A DNA stretch of 64,000 bases from Felis catus (GCF_018350175.1 NC_058373.1:107882001-107946000), one strand, 5' to 3'; shown: positions 1 to 13,753, counted from the first letter of the stretch. Numbers and translations: made by a program. The notes: generated by a model not told the origin, from the sequence alone.

Positions 1-466
1 GAGTTTTCTGTATCGTTTGTATTTTCTATAGTGTTCATATATTATCTTTATAAACAACAACAGCAAAAGAGCAAAAAGACATTTTATGTATTGTTCTCTG
101 CACATTATGGTTTCATTGTCTTCTTGCGTTAAACTCAAAAGACTCTCAGGGAGACAGGAGAGATCATGAGTGAGATATTTGCTCCCCAGGTAAATTTAGT
201 AATGCAGGATAAAAGAAAAATTGCCAGATAATTGGAAAATGCTAACATTTTTAAGCACATACAACCAAGGTACTTACTCTAACTTAAGCTTAGAGTTGAA
301 GGTAATGCCATTTTGAGGTATTTTCCAGATAGTCAGGAGGACAGTGAGAGGCATAATGTGGGACGTGCTTTTACATAATCCAATATGAACTTGACGAAAC
401 AAACACGTTTCCTCATCATCCTGAAACCCAGGGTGATCATCCACTCAGCAATGTTTAACTTTCATT

Positions 467-540
467 AAAAACAAAACAAAACAAAACAAAACAAAACAAA
501 ACAAAACAAAATAAAACAAAACAAAACAAAAACAAAAAAC
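467..540. repeat. (AAAAC)n microsatellite
   Basis: Directly visible pentanucleotide run with a few interruptions. Confidence 0.95.
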
Positions 541-889
541 CCCTGAAGAATGAAGAACTGGCAGCTAGATGTCTATTTATGGATGAAATCCGTGTGGGTG
601 GGAGGGGGAAATGAAATATTTGTAGAATCACAGCAACAGGGTAGAAATTCATACCATTTTGCAGAAAGGAATTGTAGGATCCTTGCTTTTGGTAATAGGG
701 AGCAAGAGGGAATTTCTGTCATTAAATTATGTGTGCAGAAAGGAGTAGGCACAATAATAGTTGAAATTACTGTAAGAATTTTCTATCTATACTTCACCTC
801 ATTCCACACAGAGTTTGAAGCAGGGTTAGAAGGTATATATGGCAGCAAAATACAAACAAGAAAGCAGGACAAGAGTAGTATAAATTCAT

Positions 890-1610
890 TCTGTGGCAGA
901 TGCTATGGATGTCTTGTCCATATTTCCTCTCGGGTCAGAAAGGAAGGCTGGAAATACTAGAGAATTAATGCCCCCTGTCCCTGAAGCAGCCATCAATCAC
1001 TGATAGGTGGGAACTGGAGGCTAACTATTCCAGTTTTTCTGCCCCCTTGAGATTGTTCTATTGATTCCTTGAGATTGCTGAAGGAGCCTAGTCATGTAGC
1101 AAGAGAGGGAATGGGTTCCTGAGAGCCAATGGATGTTGGGTCAGGGATTCTGGCACTGGTGTCTATTGAACAGACTTTGTAGAGGAGTGTAAGATCTGCT
1201 GGCTTCTTGACAAAGGGAATCCTAGTCCTCCAAGGTTGGCAACAGGGAGACCTGCCACCTGGGAGATTTGGCTAGATCTTGGATCCCCAGATCTTATATC
1301 CCAGGGTTCAGCTTTCTCTGGGAATTCTCACTTTTCATGAGGACCCTCTGTCTACCATGGTAGCCTCAGAGGGTGGCTTGTCCACTTTAATGCACTTTCT
1401 GAAGCAGAGCTCAGGCCTTTCTGGACCATGTAAACCAGGCTTACTGGCAGAAACTGAAGTGTACATAGAATAATATGCATTAGATAGTCTCCCTCACAAG
1501 GGATGTTGAACACATTTTGTGTGTGCTGTCACAACTGGGCTTACTCCTAACCTACTTCACTCTGCCTCTGCAGAGCCTTGTGGACACCCCATTCTTGGGG
1601 CCTCAAGTCC
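890..1610. mobile_element. Possible degenerate MaLR (MLT1-like) LTR fragments
   Basis: Begins tgtggcagatgcta and contains gagaattaatgcccc...agcagccatcaatca, resembling old MLT1 LTRs as recalled; highly diverged. Confidence 0.35.
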
Positions 1611-1919
1611 AGACCCCAAAGAGTGAGGACAAGGGGGAAAGATTCTGTCTCCCACCTAACTATGGCCCCCCTGGAAGCCATTTTGCTGCCTGAAGATTCG
1701 ACTTTTCTCTCAGATGTTGGACTACCCTTTGGGGAAAACCCACCCCCTCTACCTTATTATGGTTCAACTAGGACAACTACTGTAACTTCCATGCAGGAGA
1801 TTTACATAGGATGTAGCAGGGGAGCCGGCTCCCTACAGAGTGTGACCTGATCTGACCTATATTTCATATGTGTAACTGGATGCATAACTGGGGAGCAACC
1901 TTATGCAGAGAGTCTAGTT

Positions 1920-2580
1920 GGGAAAGTATTACATAGTCCAGATGAGAGGAAGAAGGTGGCATGAACTATACCCGGTGAGCATGAGAGGCAGAGATCTAGT
2001 CAGATCATAATAGGTTTAGTAGAACTTGACAGTTGATTGGTTGTGGGTGGAGAAGAAGGATCCGAAGACTTTTTTAGTTTTTTTCTGGATGACTCCAAGG
2101 ATAGTGATACTATTATCTAAGGGAAAGAGTGGGTTGAAGAGGCAGGGAAGAGGGCTCAGCCTACAAATATCAATTTGAGGTAATTTGGGATACCTTGGAG
2201 AGATGCCGAGAAGCTACTTAGAAATGTTTAGTATCTTTCTCTGTGTAGTTAGAAGCCAGAACTAGAGCTGTTGATTTGGGAGTCCTCAGTACAGAGGCAA
2301 TTGTTAGCAATCAAGAGAACATGTGAGGTCTCTGAGGAGATGAATTAGCATCCAGGAAGACCAGAAGTATGGCATACAAAGGGCCTGGGGACACACAAAT
2401 TTCAAGGCTGGGTAGGAGAGAAGAGCTGGTGAAGGGGACAAGAAGAAGAAATTGTAGAGTGAGAGGAACCAGATGCTGTTGGAGCCGAGGTCCTTTTCTC
2501 CAAGTACCGAGAAGGGGAGAGTTTCTACTTTGGCAGTTCTCATGGATGAGAGAAGTGGAGACAGTGAGAGGATGGTGAGA
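1920..2580 (-). mobile_element. Ancient L2 LINE fragment
   Basis: Purine-rich tract with L2-like words (cagatgagag, gatgactccaagg, gatttgggagtcctcag); approximate ends. Confidence 0.45.
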
Positions 2581-4034
2581 GGCACTGCTCCCTTCTTGTA
2601 ACAGTGGAGTGAGGAGCCTTTCTCATGGTTCTTGATGGAGCTTTGGTCATACCTAGGAGCTCTGTTCTAATCACCTGCTGCCAGAGAGGCTGGAGTGATG
2701 GGTGAGGATGGGCTCGGCTTTCCCAGTGCTATGGCCATGAGGGCACTCAGGAGAGTCAGTCTAGTAACTAATGATTTGTCTCTCCTCCTTTTGCCAAAGA
2801 TAGCCATCCCCATGATGCCCGATGGAAGGTGTTTACGCAGGCTGAGCTTCCTTGGAGGGAGCCAAACCCCTGAGAAACACCTGTGTGTAGTGCCCATGGA
2901 GTCGGGTCTCCTAACGCGCTGAGTCTAATCACTCTATCTGAATTTGGAAATAACTATGAGTCATGTGGTGCATGCTTTTCAAAAACAGCAGATTCTGTAC
3001 TGCTTAGTGTTGGGGGGGGGGTGGCTTTTGCATGCCATTTTGAAATATGAATGCTCTTTTTTTAGTCTTTGTTGCTGGTGCTGGCATAAAGTCCTGCAAC
3101 CTTCTCCCGATCCGTGGGTATCAAATTCTTCTTTTCCAAGCAGCTGCTAATCTCAGTTAATTTATAAAGTCATCCTTAATTAATCAGAGGACTAGATACA
3201 CAACTCCTCAGATTCTCTCTTCACTCAACACCCACTAAATGCTCTCACCCACAGTTATGTGTACTTACGGTAGAGACTCATTTAAGTTGTGTGTTTGCCT
3301 AACACATGTCCTAATCTCTCTCTGTTTATATCATTATTGTCTCAGACAGGAATCACCTGATGTTAAATTCTTAGGCATCATTCTTTACGCACACAGTTTT
3401 GTGAGCAGACGGTTGCTTATTCAGTGTGTTTGATGATATTAAGCAAGATTCTCTCACGACCTTATCTTGTTGCCTTTCAGGAATATATTTTGGAGAGATA
3501 AACAATATAATACTTTCTGGGGCTTTCTTGACTAGCAACTTGCTTAACTCTAAGGTCTTCCTGTTTGTTTTTCTCGCAGTTATTCCCTCCCTCATGCACA
3601 AATGATAAAACAAATATCTCAGGAAAAGGAAAAAAAAACGTTGGATAGCATTACTCAATAGTTCAACTATAGTAAACAGCGTCTGGTGACCCCACTTGTA
3701 TCAGTAGCTGCTTGACCTCACTTAACCTTCCTGTTAGTTTCTGTTTCCTCACCAGAAAATGCCTTACTTTCCAGGGATTCCAGGAGACCTGATGTTCATA
3801 AAGGACCCTGTGCGGTGTGGTATTACCCATAAAGCCCTGGGATAAAATCAAGAGCAGAGGATTTCTGGTGGTAGTCCCAGCACTAGCTAGCCAGATCAAC
3901 CTTGGGCACAGAGTTCAAGGTAATGGTTTCCTAAGTAGTGATTCCTCTTCCAGGCAATTAGGTGATTGAATTAAATCCTTTCTGCTCCTTGATCGCAGGG
4001 GTAGTGGGAAGTAAGGGTTTTAACACTCTGCTCC

Positions 4035-4205
4035 CTGCCAGGTACTTTTCTAATTATGTTACACTTACTAACTCAGCCATCATCCAAGTGGCCCTTTGAG
4101 GAAGGTTCTCCAAGTGCTTCATGTTCTACAAATGAGGAAACTGAGGCACGGGAGACTCAACATTCTGCCCAAGGTCTCTCAGCTTATTAGGGCAGGAGCA
4201 GCCTG
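4035..4205 (-). mobile_element. MIR SINE
   Basis: MIR core acaaatgaggaaactgaggcacggg...gcccaaggtctctcagc. Confidence 0.75.
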
Positions 4206-5424
4206 CCTCAACCACCACATGCTCCAGCCTGTTGTGTAGAAAAGCCACACAACTTCTTCAGCACGGCCCCTCAAAGACGAGCCACAGATCTTCGTTAAGA
4301 TCTTAACCGCAGTGCCCTTGCTGTTAAGCAAATTCAACTTAACAAAGTTAAATCGTAGTTCTACACAGAATCAAAGTCACTCCCTTCATGCCTTTTATAT
4401 TCTGAAAGTATTTATTTAATTCTGAAATTTAAAAGGTGCCATGCCATGGACTTTCGGTCTCTGATTTAATTTGCTTGCAGTCATTTGAAAATTAGGACAT
4501 GTGATCTCTGCTGTAAGAAGTACTTTCAAATATAGATTTCTGCAGCTGGAATAGAAAGCTTTAGATTCAGGTAAAGCAAAAAGCTTTAGGTAGAGCCAAA
4601 GACTAAAGAGGATGAAGCGTTTACTATTTTTGAGAAGTTAAGGCAGCTTTACAGAGACTTCACAGAGTCAGCCCTCCCCCACAAGGCCTCAGGCTAGCAA
4701 CACATTTCAGTCCAATGAGAGTTTTTGACATGAAAACTAACCCTGCAGTGCTTTGGTGGCTCCCAGTCGCTTGTGCCTTTTAGAGTTCCAAAGAAAGCGT
4801 GAGGTGACAATCCGATTTTGTGAAACAGAATTCTGTTTCAAAATAGTCAATCTTCATTATATTTGACCTAATTATTCTCTACCCCATGGATGGGATGGCT
4901 TGTCAAAACCAACAGATCAGGCAGGGCTCCAGCCTGCCCCGCTCTGAGCCTGGAATGTGAATTTCCCTGCCGGGCACTGAGCCAGCTTCCTATTTACTTA
5001 GAGGCAGTGAGCACATCGGGAGCAAAACAGAAGTAGTGATGCAAGTTTTGGCTGCAAAGGCTGTTAGGGTTTGCCTAACGTGTTCAAAAAAACGTGTGAT
5101 CTGAAAGATGTCCCCAAGCCTGGGTTGGTTTGAGGCACCAAAGGATTAAATAATCTTTTGTTAGTCATTTTTACTCCATCCTAAGGCAATAGGAGGCAGT
5201 GCAAACAGTGAGGAAGTCCCCTGTGCACTCTGATTGTAAGGTGAGGGTAGAGACTGAACCCCGGGCAGAGTGAAGTTCGAGAGCTCTTTCTTCCTGTCCA
5301 TGACATCCGTCAAGAGAATGTGACAGTGAAAGCCATTTGAAGCCATGGGGGGAAGGGGTACCTGTGTTTTTAACCAAACCTCTTTCAAAATCCCAGGTGT
5401 GTGTGAGTGTGTTTTTGTGCTTTT

Positions 5425-5627
5425 ATTTTCCATTTATTTATTTTTTAAATGTCTGTTTATTTTTGAGAGTGAGCACACGAGTGAGGGAGGGGCAGAGAGC
5501 GAGGGAGACAGAGGATCTGAAGAAGGCTCTGTGCTCTCAGAGCCTGTGCGGGGCTGGAACTCACGAACCATGAGATCATCATCTGGCTGAAGTTGGAAAC
5601 TTAACTGACCAAGCCGCCCAGTTGCCC
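5425..5627 (-). mobile_element. Can-SINE (SINEC)
   Basis: Reverse-oriented head, GA-rich tract and T-rich tail; 14-bp TSD gtttttgtgctttt at 5411-5424 and 5628-5641. Confidence 0.9.
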
Positions 5628-6859
5628 GTTTTTGTGCTTTTTAAACAAAAAGAGGCACCTGTCCGAAAGAATACAGAAGAGGGAGGAGTGAAGTTTAGTT
5701 AAAATGACCACATAGGAGATGCTTCTGAGGCATCTGGGATACCAGATGAACTCTTTCCCAGTGTTGTGAGTTAAAGGCCAAGATTGAGGTACACTCCCAG
5801 ATTGCTTTGGGAAGAGGAAGGGTAGGGACATTCAGAATGTAGGGGTGGCTATTTAGGCTCTGAGGTAGGTAGGATAAGTCCAAGTTAACTAACTAGTTGG
5901 AGGGAAAAAAGAGGAAAGGGCATTCTAGGAGGGGTAGAAAGCAGGAGAAAAGGCATTAAGTGCTGACCAACATGGTGGACGGCTGCAAGCAGTTTCTTCC
6001 TAAGTCCTACAGGCTAGAAGGAATCATTTGGAATATTCATAGGTCTTGTTACTACTGTGGCAGTAGCTGTTGAGGGGTGGGGGAACATGATTCAATTCAA
6101 GAAATATTAAAAATGCAAGTGAACTGACCTTTTAACCACTCTTCATGGTATTAAGGGCTTAAAAAAGTAAGTTCTTGATAATTAGACCCCCAGAGAGAGT
6201 TTAACTTACATCTAGATGTGATAAGTATGTAGTAATTCAATACACATTTTGCATTGGCCAATATTGAACTAGGTCTCAGGCTGGTGATAACATATGCTAC
6301 ATATAGTGTGATCGTTAGACCAAATTTTATCATCTGCCCAACAAAGGAACATTAAAATCTGGTCTTTTGTCATTACTAAATGGCTTCTGGAAATACTGCA
6401 GAAGAGAGCCGTATAGTAGAATGACTTCAGTTCATAGGTGATGCTTATGCAGAATTGTAAGACTCTCAGGAATATCGAATATGACACTATCCCTATGGGG
6501 CTGAGGACAGGGAGATAGTTATCTCCTTGAGACAGATGGGAAACCTGAGAATGAAAATAATTAGGCTGCTTGCCAAAGGTTGTACACATACATACCCCAA
6601 AACCAAAACTCAAGCAGGTACATTTTTAACTGTGCCAGAGCCTCTGAAAGCATTGGTGTCTTAACTAAATTCATTTTCACTATTTCTACTTCATTCTTTG
6701 AGATTTCTTATGTAAAATCTAATTTTTACCATTACGTAGAAAGTAGTAATGGATATCTATATAGTATATATTCTTCCTGGCATTTTTATAGGAAAAAAAA
6801 TCCTAGAAGTTGAATTGCTGAATGAAAGGAAATGCACATTTAAAGTTTTGACAGGTATT

Positions 6860-7106
6860 GGGGAACCTGAGTGGCTCAGTCAGTTAAGCATCTGACTTTT
6901 GATTTTGGCTCAGGTCATGATCTTGCCATTTGTGAACTTGAGCCCCGCGTGGGCTCTGTGCTGACAGCACAGAGGCTGAGTGGGATTCTTTCTCTTTTGT
7001 TCCCTCTCACTCCAAAATAAAGAAATAAACTTAAAATAAAAATAACATAACATAACATAACATAACATAACATAACATAACATAACATAACATAACATAA
7101 CATAAC
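6860..7106 (+). mobile_element. Can-SINE whose tail is (CATAA)12 at 7046-7105
   Basis: gggg...gtggctcagtcagttaagc head; TSD tttgacaggtatt at 6847-6859 and 7107-7119. Confidence 0.92.
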
Positions 7107-7149
7107 TTTGACAGGTATTATTAAATTGGTCTCCAAAAAAAATATTCTT

Positions 7150-7530
7150 GGAGTGCCTGGGTGGCTCAGTCTGTTAAGTGTCTGACTTTAGCTCAGGTCA
7201 TGATCTCACAGCACGTGAGTTCAAGCCCCACATCAGGCTCTGTGCTGACAGCTCAGAGCCTGGAGCCCGCTTGGAGTTCTGTCTCCCTCTCTCTCTGCCT
7301 CTCCCCTACTCACACTCTGTCTTTCTGTCTCTCTCAAAAATAAATAGGGGTGCCTGGGTGGCTCAGTCAGTTAAGCATCTGACTTTGGCTCAGGTCACGA
7401 TCTCACGGTTTGTGAGTTTGAGCCTTGCGTAGGGCTCTGTCCTGCTTCAGATTCTGTGTCTCATTCTCTCTCTCTGTCCCTCCCCCACTTGTGTTCTGTA
7501 TCAAATAAATAAATGTAAAAAATAAACATT
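7150..7530 (+). mobile_element. Two Can-SINEs, the second (from 7347) nested in the tail of the first
   Basis: Heads at 7150 and 7347; outer TSD aaaaaatattctt at 7137-7149 and 7531-7543. Confidence 0.88.
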
Positions 7531-8937
7531 AAAAAATATTCTTTTTTTTTTCTCACTATTCTTGAAATAGCTACATGTGTCTGTCGAATACTACCAGGGG
7601 CCTAATTCTGTGCTGAACACTTTGAATGCATTACCTCCTTGAAAAACCCTATAAGGAAAGCACTACGTGGTTTATGGATAGGAACATTGAGGCTCAGCAG
7701 GGTAAACACAGCCAGAGGTGGCAGAGCCAGGACTGGACACAATTATACTCCTACCCGCAGAGGGGGAGGTGCCTATTTTCCCATTCCCTTGCAAGCATGG
7801 GCACATTAGCAATCCTTATAAATATTTGCCAATTTAAGGAAAATGTCATATACCTCCTGATTCTTACGTGTCCATCTTGGATAGATAGGATTAGACATCC
7901 AGTGTGTTTATTGTCTGTCTGCATTTATAACTTTTATGAATTGCCTATTCATCTCCTCTGCCCCATTTTTACTAGATTGTTCCTCCCTTATTAATAATTT
8001 CCACATATTATAAATAGTAACCCTTTGTCATGTGTTGCAAATCCTTTTTCCCCCAGTTTGTTTTGTTTAGCTTTCTGTTTTGTGTCTTTTGCCAAATAGA
8101 ACTTTAAATTTCTTAAATTGCAGTTCTGTGAGTCTTTTATGGCTTTAGAGTATTGTTGTCCTTATCCCATCCCAGGACTATGTATTTTTTCCCTATGTTT
8201 TCCCATTTTTCCATATTTTTTTCTTTAACATTAGCCTGAGATGATTTTGGTGTTAAGAGTGAGGTAAAAATAATTTTCAAAAGGCTTACTAGTTGTCTAA
8301 ATGCTCTTTATTAATAATCTGTCATTTCCCACTGATTTGAACTGTGTTCTCTTTAAGCAAAATTGATTTCTAGCTTTGGACTCTGCAGGTGGAAGCATGT
8401 TATGTCAATCACTGTAACTTTAGAATATGTTTTAACATAGAGGACAAGTCTGCCCTCGTTAGAATTTTTCAACAGTTTTGAAATATCTATGGTACCGACT
8501 AAACTCTAAAAAAGCTGTCGAGTTTAAAGACCTCCTTTGGGGATATTTATTGGGATTTTGTTGAATTTAGAGATTAGCGTAGAAAGCATGAACAGCTTTG
8601 TAGTATTAAGTCTTTGTATTTAAGACCTTCATTTTTACATATCTTTTCATAGTCTTCATTTGGGGGTTTATATGTTTCTTCATATAAACCTTGCACTTCT
8701 TTGGACAAATTATTACTAGATAGTTTGGGTCTTGTAGCTTAATGAATGGGGATATGTTTTTATTATATATTCTAAATGGTTCTTTTGGTATACCAAAATA
8801 ACTTTGACTTTTAATGATTTATCATTGTCCATCTTACTGAACTCTTTTTTTAGTAGATTAGGCTAACTTCTCCTGAGTTTTCTAGTCATATATTAACTCC
8901 AAGTCATGGCATCTCTGCCTCCTTTTTTCCTGACAGC

Positions 8938-9003
8938 TTTCTTTCCTTCTTTCGTTCTTTTGTTCTTTCTTTCTTTTGTTCTTTCATTCTCTTTCTTTCT
9001 TCC

Positions 9004-9063
<60 letters not shown>
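8938..9063. repeat. (TTTC)n microsatellite
   Basis: Directly visible; pure run from about 9005 to 9063. Confidence 0.95.
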
Positions 9064-10568
9064 TGTCTCTTACAGCTTTGGCAAGTACTTTCAGGATAAT
9101 AGTAAGTAATGAGGTGAAATTGGTCTTATTTGTTCTTAACTTTCATGGGATTTATTATTTTTAAAAATTTACCATTCAGCTTTTGATTTGTGAGCATATT
9201 GTTTTAGTCATGTTAAGGAAACAATCTACTCTTTTCAAAAAGTTTTTTATTGGATTACAAGTTAAATTTTATCAAGTGCCTTTTAAAAATATTGAAATGA
9301 TCATTGTTACTTTCTTTTACCTATTAATAGAATAAAACATAATAGATTTTCTAATAATATGCCCATTGTTGTGTTCCTGGGAAATTTTCCACTTGCTCAC
9401 AGTGGGTATTTCTTATAAAAATGCTGAATAGTATAGAATTTCCTGTTATCTGAGTGTCATTGCTACCTGGAAAGGTGCACATAAAACGAATTCTTCAAAA
9501 TGAGGAGTTTGTTAATATTTAAAAAGTGGGGAAGGGGTTTGAAAAACACAACGAAAATTATGAAAATCTTTATTGAATGCATTTTGTTGTTTTGTCATAG
9601 GCACTAGTTTTTAGAGCAAAATAATTTTTTCAGATAAAATTCAATGGCAGAATACTATATGTTTTATTTTTGGTTAGTATAATGAAGTTTTCAATAGGGT
9701 ATTTTTAGCAAGTGTTTGAGACTTCACCAGTTTCTCAAGGGCCTCTCCTAATACATTAATATTCAAAATTTTCTCTCAGAATAACTGTCATGTCATTTTT
9801 CTATACCAAATTTCTTTTGTTCAACTGTTAACAGATCTAACTCTATCATAGCCCTATCTACCATTGCCTTCGGGTGTGAATCTCACCATACTCAAACATG
9901 ACTTTCCATAGACTACATGAAAATTCCTCAACTTTTACAGGATTTTCAGTTTTACTTTGCAATTAATTTATATCGCACATTAAGATGTTCACCACATATA
10001 GCATCACACCCAAGAAACTGAGAAGACAACGTGAGGGGCTAGAGTAGATGCTGTTATTAAGTGGGAAGGAATATTTGTGTTGGAGACTAATTGTCAAAGA
10101 ATGGGAAAGAAAAAAATCCCATACCGTGCAAATACTAATATTTTCTAGTATTGCTTTCCTGTTCACTTTGTAAGTATACAGCCTGCAGTAGTGAAAATCT
10201 CTGCATCAGTATTCATGAATGAGCTTGATACATAAGCAGAGGTGTACTTTTCCTGAAGTCCGTAATTGGAGGTTAGGTGGTCCAGAAAGTGGATGAGAGA
10301 AAAAATTTTCACTAACCTATAATGTAAATGTAGCATTTTCTCCCATTGTTCACTAAACCACAGACGCATGAGCAGTGTTAAGATGTTCTCACAATAGAAA
10401 TCTTGGATATTTTCATTATGTTAGTTTTTATAGATACTTTAAAATGTAACTAGTACTTCACTACTACTAAAGTAACTACCGCCCATCACTTCTTCACATT
10501 TACAATGATAAGGTATGCCACTAAGTATTTAATTTATTTTAATATAAATTTAAATTTGTATTGTTCTT

Positions 10569-10704
10569 GGGGTGCCTGGGTGGCTCACTCGGTTAAGCGT
10601 CCGACTCTTGATTTTGGCTCAGATCATGACCTGATCTCATGATCTCATGGTCATGAGATGGAGCCCTCCAATGGGCTCCAGGCTGAGTGTGGAGCCTGCT
10701 TAAG

Positions 10705-10758
<54 letters not shown>

Positions 10759-10825
10759 CCTCCCTCGTCCCTCCCCCTGCCCCTCCCCCACTCACACACT
10801 CCCAAAATAAAACAATATATATATA
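10569..10825 (+). mobile_element. Can-SINE with long (CT)n (~10708-10756)
   Basis: ggggtgcctgggtggctcactcggttaagcgtccgactcttg head, CT tract, A/AT-rich tail. Confidence 0.92.
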
Positions 10826-11381
10826 TTATTCTATCTCACTTAAAATATATTTTGATACTTGATTTCCTTTGTAATTATGTGTGTGTACTTTTTTTTAAAG
10901 ATTATAAAGCTTGACTCAGAGAAGGGATCCATAGGCTTGCTTCACTGGACTAAGGAGTCTGCAACATAAAAAATGATTACTAACCCCTGATTTTTTTTTT
11001 TCCTGTTATATCTTTAGATGTATCTGTTTTATCTTTTGGTCCTAGGATTGTATCACATAGTTCCCTATAAAAATACAGGGTGCTTTCTTTTCTCCTCTAT
11101 TCTGGAACAGGTTTCAACACTAGCATCATCTTGTTTTTAAAGGCTAAAAATAATTCACGCATGAAACTATCTGGGCCTGGATGATTTCGAGAGGCAGTCC
11201 TTAGAAAATCTTATCATTTTTTTTTTTAAATTCATCTATTTGGTTTATGTAGCTCAATTAATTTTAGTCATTTATGTTTTCATGGAAATCTATTTCTTCT
11301 GGGTTTTAAAATTTATTAGATTATTCTTGTATCTTTCTTACATTTTCTTTGCATTGAAGTGATTAATTGAAAAGCATTATT

Positions 11382-11588
11382 TTATTTTAGTTCATTTATT
11401 TCTTTTTGAGAGAGAGTGAGTGCAAGTGGGGGAGGGGCAGAGGGAGAAGGAGAGAGATAATCTCAAACAAGCTCCACACCCAGCCCAGAGCCCACTGGGT
11501 GGGGGGCTTGACCTCACAACCATGAGATCACGACCCGAGCTGAAATCAAGAGTTGGACGTTTAACCAACTGAGCCACCCAGGAGCCCC
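11382..11588 (-). mobile_element. Can-SINE
   Basis: Ends ...gagccacccaggagcccc; TSD aaagcattatt at 11371-11381 and 11591-11601. Confidence 0.92.
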
Positions 11589-12244
11589 AGAAAGCATTAT
11601 TGAGGAAGTCTCTCTATACCTTGGGAAAGTTAATTTACTGTCTTTAAATGGTGAGCAGTTTTGATTCTTGAGGAGCCACCATTTTTAAAATGTGAGGTTG
11701 GAAGAGGAACTCGGCACCAAGCCCAAGTGAATTTCTACCCATTCCAGGTTAACAGAGATGGTGTTGAGACTGATGCTTTTGGGCAGCACTCTCACTGGGC
11801 TATGGCCATTGCCTCCTTCTGTTGGTGAGGATGCCAGAATGAAAGGCAAATAATGAGAAATCTGTTTTACCTGCTCATAGTTATAGCCAATCTATGGACC
11901 TGAGGTCCCATCCAGCTGGACAGGAGCTAGAAGGCCAGGCTAATGTCCCATACCGGAACATTAGAACCCTGGGGAACTCATGGTGTGTGCTGGGGAGACT
12001 GGTCCCAGGTAGCCAGTTCTAATCAGGCAGTGGGTATCTCAGAGTTCACTTAGGTCCAACCTTACAAATTCGGAGTCCTAAGGTCACTAGGAAGAGGAAG
12101 CATGGGGATGCTCTGGGGTGTTGTGCATCGTGAAGAAAGAAGAAACAATTTTGGAGAGTGTTTGGAGCTATTACGCTTTCCCATATGTTAGGTACAGCTA
12201 GATTTGTTGCACATTATTCTTTTCTCCTTTCTTTTAATGTACAG

Positions 12245-12395
12245 CAACTCTCCAGAGAGACCGAATCTTCAAACATTTTACCAGGAAGCGCCAAAGGGCT
12301 ATGCGAAGGCGTGTCCACCAAATCAATGGACACAAGTTTATGGCCACATACCTGAGGCAGCCCACCTACTGCTCTCACTGCAGGGAGTTCATCTG
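12245..12395 (+). CDS. PRKCH: PKC-eta exon 3 (151 nt): pseudosubstrate and start of C1A domain
   Basis: Acceptor ...taatgtacag|CAACTCTCC, donor ATCTG|gtaagt; translates (A)[49 protein letters not shown](W). This frame is not in the ORF track. Confidence 0.97.
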
Positions 12396-13736
12396 GTAAG
12401 TGGTTCCCTGGCTTCTCTCTTCCTAGGAGCTTCTTTCTATAATCCAGGCCTCCTCTGCTTGTGTGCGGTTTTAGAGGGAAACATGACTATTAAGAATTGT
12501 TTGAGGATCTGATTTTTGTCTTTCGTTCTAATATGTTGACCCGGCGATTTAAATTGCCAATGAAAAACATCTGAACCATTTGCAGATCCAAGTTTTAGGT
12601 GTTATTTCTTTTTCCGGTCCTTTGGGGAAAGGTGCTAATGAACAGGAACTGGTTAAAAAGCAGTAATTAGGGAAGCTAATCAATCAGTACATAGATAATC
12701 AATAAATTGGGTAATCAGCCCCTGAGTAAGAGAGAAAATAAAAAAGTATGAGTCACATGATGAGTTATAGAAATTAACTGTTGCAGATCAAGTAAGCACA
12801 CAGTAATCTTCAGCCTTATGGTATGTGGCCAAAGGTAATAACTTTCAGTGATTGTATACTATAATCCTTGGCATTTAGGAATTGAGATAATTAACAGTTG
12901 AGAACTTCTAGATGAATTGGGGCAGCATCTTATTATACATGTGACTGAAGCTTAAGCCTCAGTGACAAATCTATAATGTAAAATAAATTTAAGTTAATAG
13001 TTATGCTCAATTAGAGCTAACATTAAGCACATTTAGAAAGAGGAAGGAAATGCCCCCTCACACACATCCGAACATATACATACAAACCCATCTCTGAGGT
13101 AGAAAAGACTGTTTAATCTCTATAGCATGAAAACAGATCCTTGTTTTTTGTTGGAAACTTTTGTCACTTTAAGTCAAAAGCTCTTGGTTCAGAGTAATTT
13201 TTTTGAGTATTGATTAATGAGTTTGTATTTTGTGGGGTTTTGTTTTGTTTTGTGATCGCTTTGGTTTTTATACCTTTTAGCAGTCAGAATCCAGGGTTAG
13301 TGTTCCTGGAATTTTAAATTACGAATAGAGTCTTATCTAAACCAGAGACCCTAAGCTGGCTGTTGACACGATGCCTACAAATGTGCCATCACAACGCTCG
13401 TCTTCAGAAGCAGGCTTCTGCTGCACTTCCTTATTGAACAAATCAGAAGCTCTGGCATCTTTGAACCCGTTTTCTGCCCTTGCAGTAGGTCTGAACACCC
13501 GAGGTAGCTGCCATCCTCCTCTCCTTGCGGTTTACCTGACCTACAAGGTCTGTCACTATTTCATGTCACACTGTTCTGCCTCCCTCCTTTATGTGACCTG
13601 CCTGCCCCTTTGGGCTTTTGTGGTGACAACCTGTGACCTCAACTAACGTTCTTAATGGAAACTTGTTTGGTAATTTCACTAAATGTTTTCCACCAAGGAA
13701 ACATTAACTCCCACTCAACCAGCCTTCGATTGCTCG

Positions 13737-13753
13737 CTCTCTCTCTTTCTCTT

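Larger units (their letters stand above)
6750..9420 (-). mobile_element. Ancient, heavily degraded L1 interrupted by three SINEs, a MIR (~7575-7750) and a TTTC repeat
   Basis: T-rich antisense L1 words (cctagaagttgaattgctg, attgcctattcat, tttccactgatttgaa, gttaaggaaacaatct); approximate ends. Confidence 0.55.

Noticed and set aside
7161..7432. Recurrent short ORFs of the MAQSVK.../MSDFSSGHDL... type here and at many other positions
   Set aside because: They are translations of Can-SINE copies, not a gene family.
9420..10990. Possible old DNA-transposon remnants (Tigger-like and hAT-Charlie-like ends)
   Set aside because: Too diverged to assign family or boundaries by eye.
12158..12512. ORF-track frames overlapping exon 3
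   Set aside because: Both are out of frame with the real PKC-eta reading.
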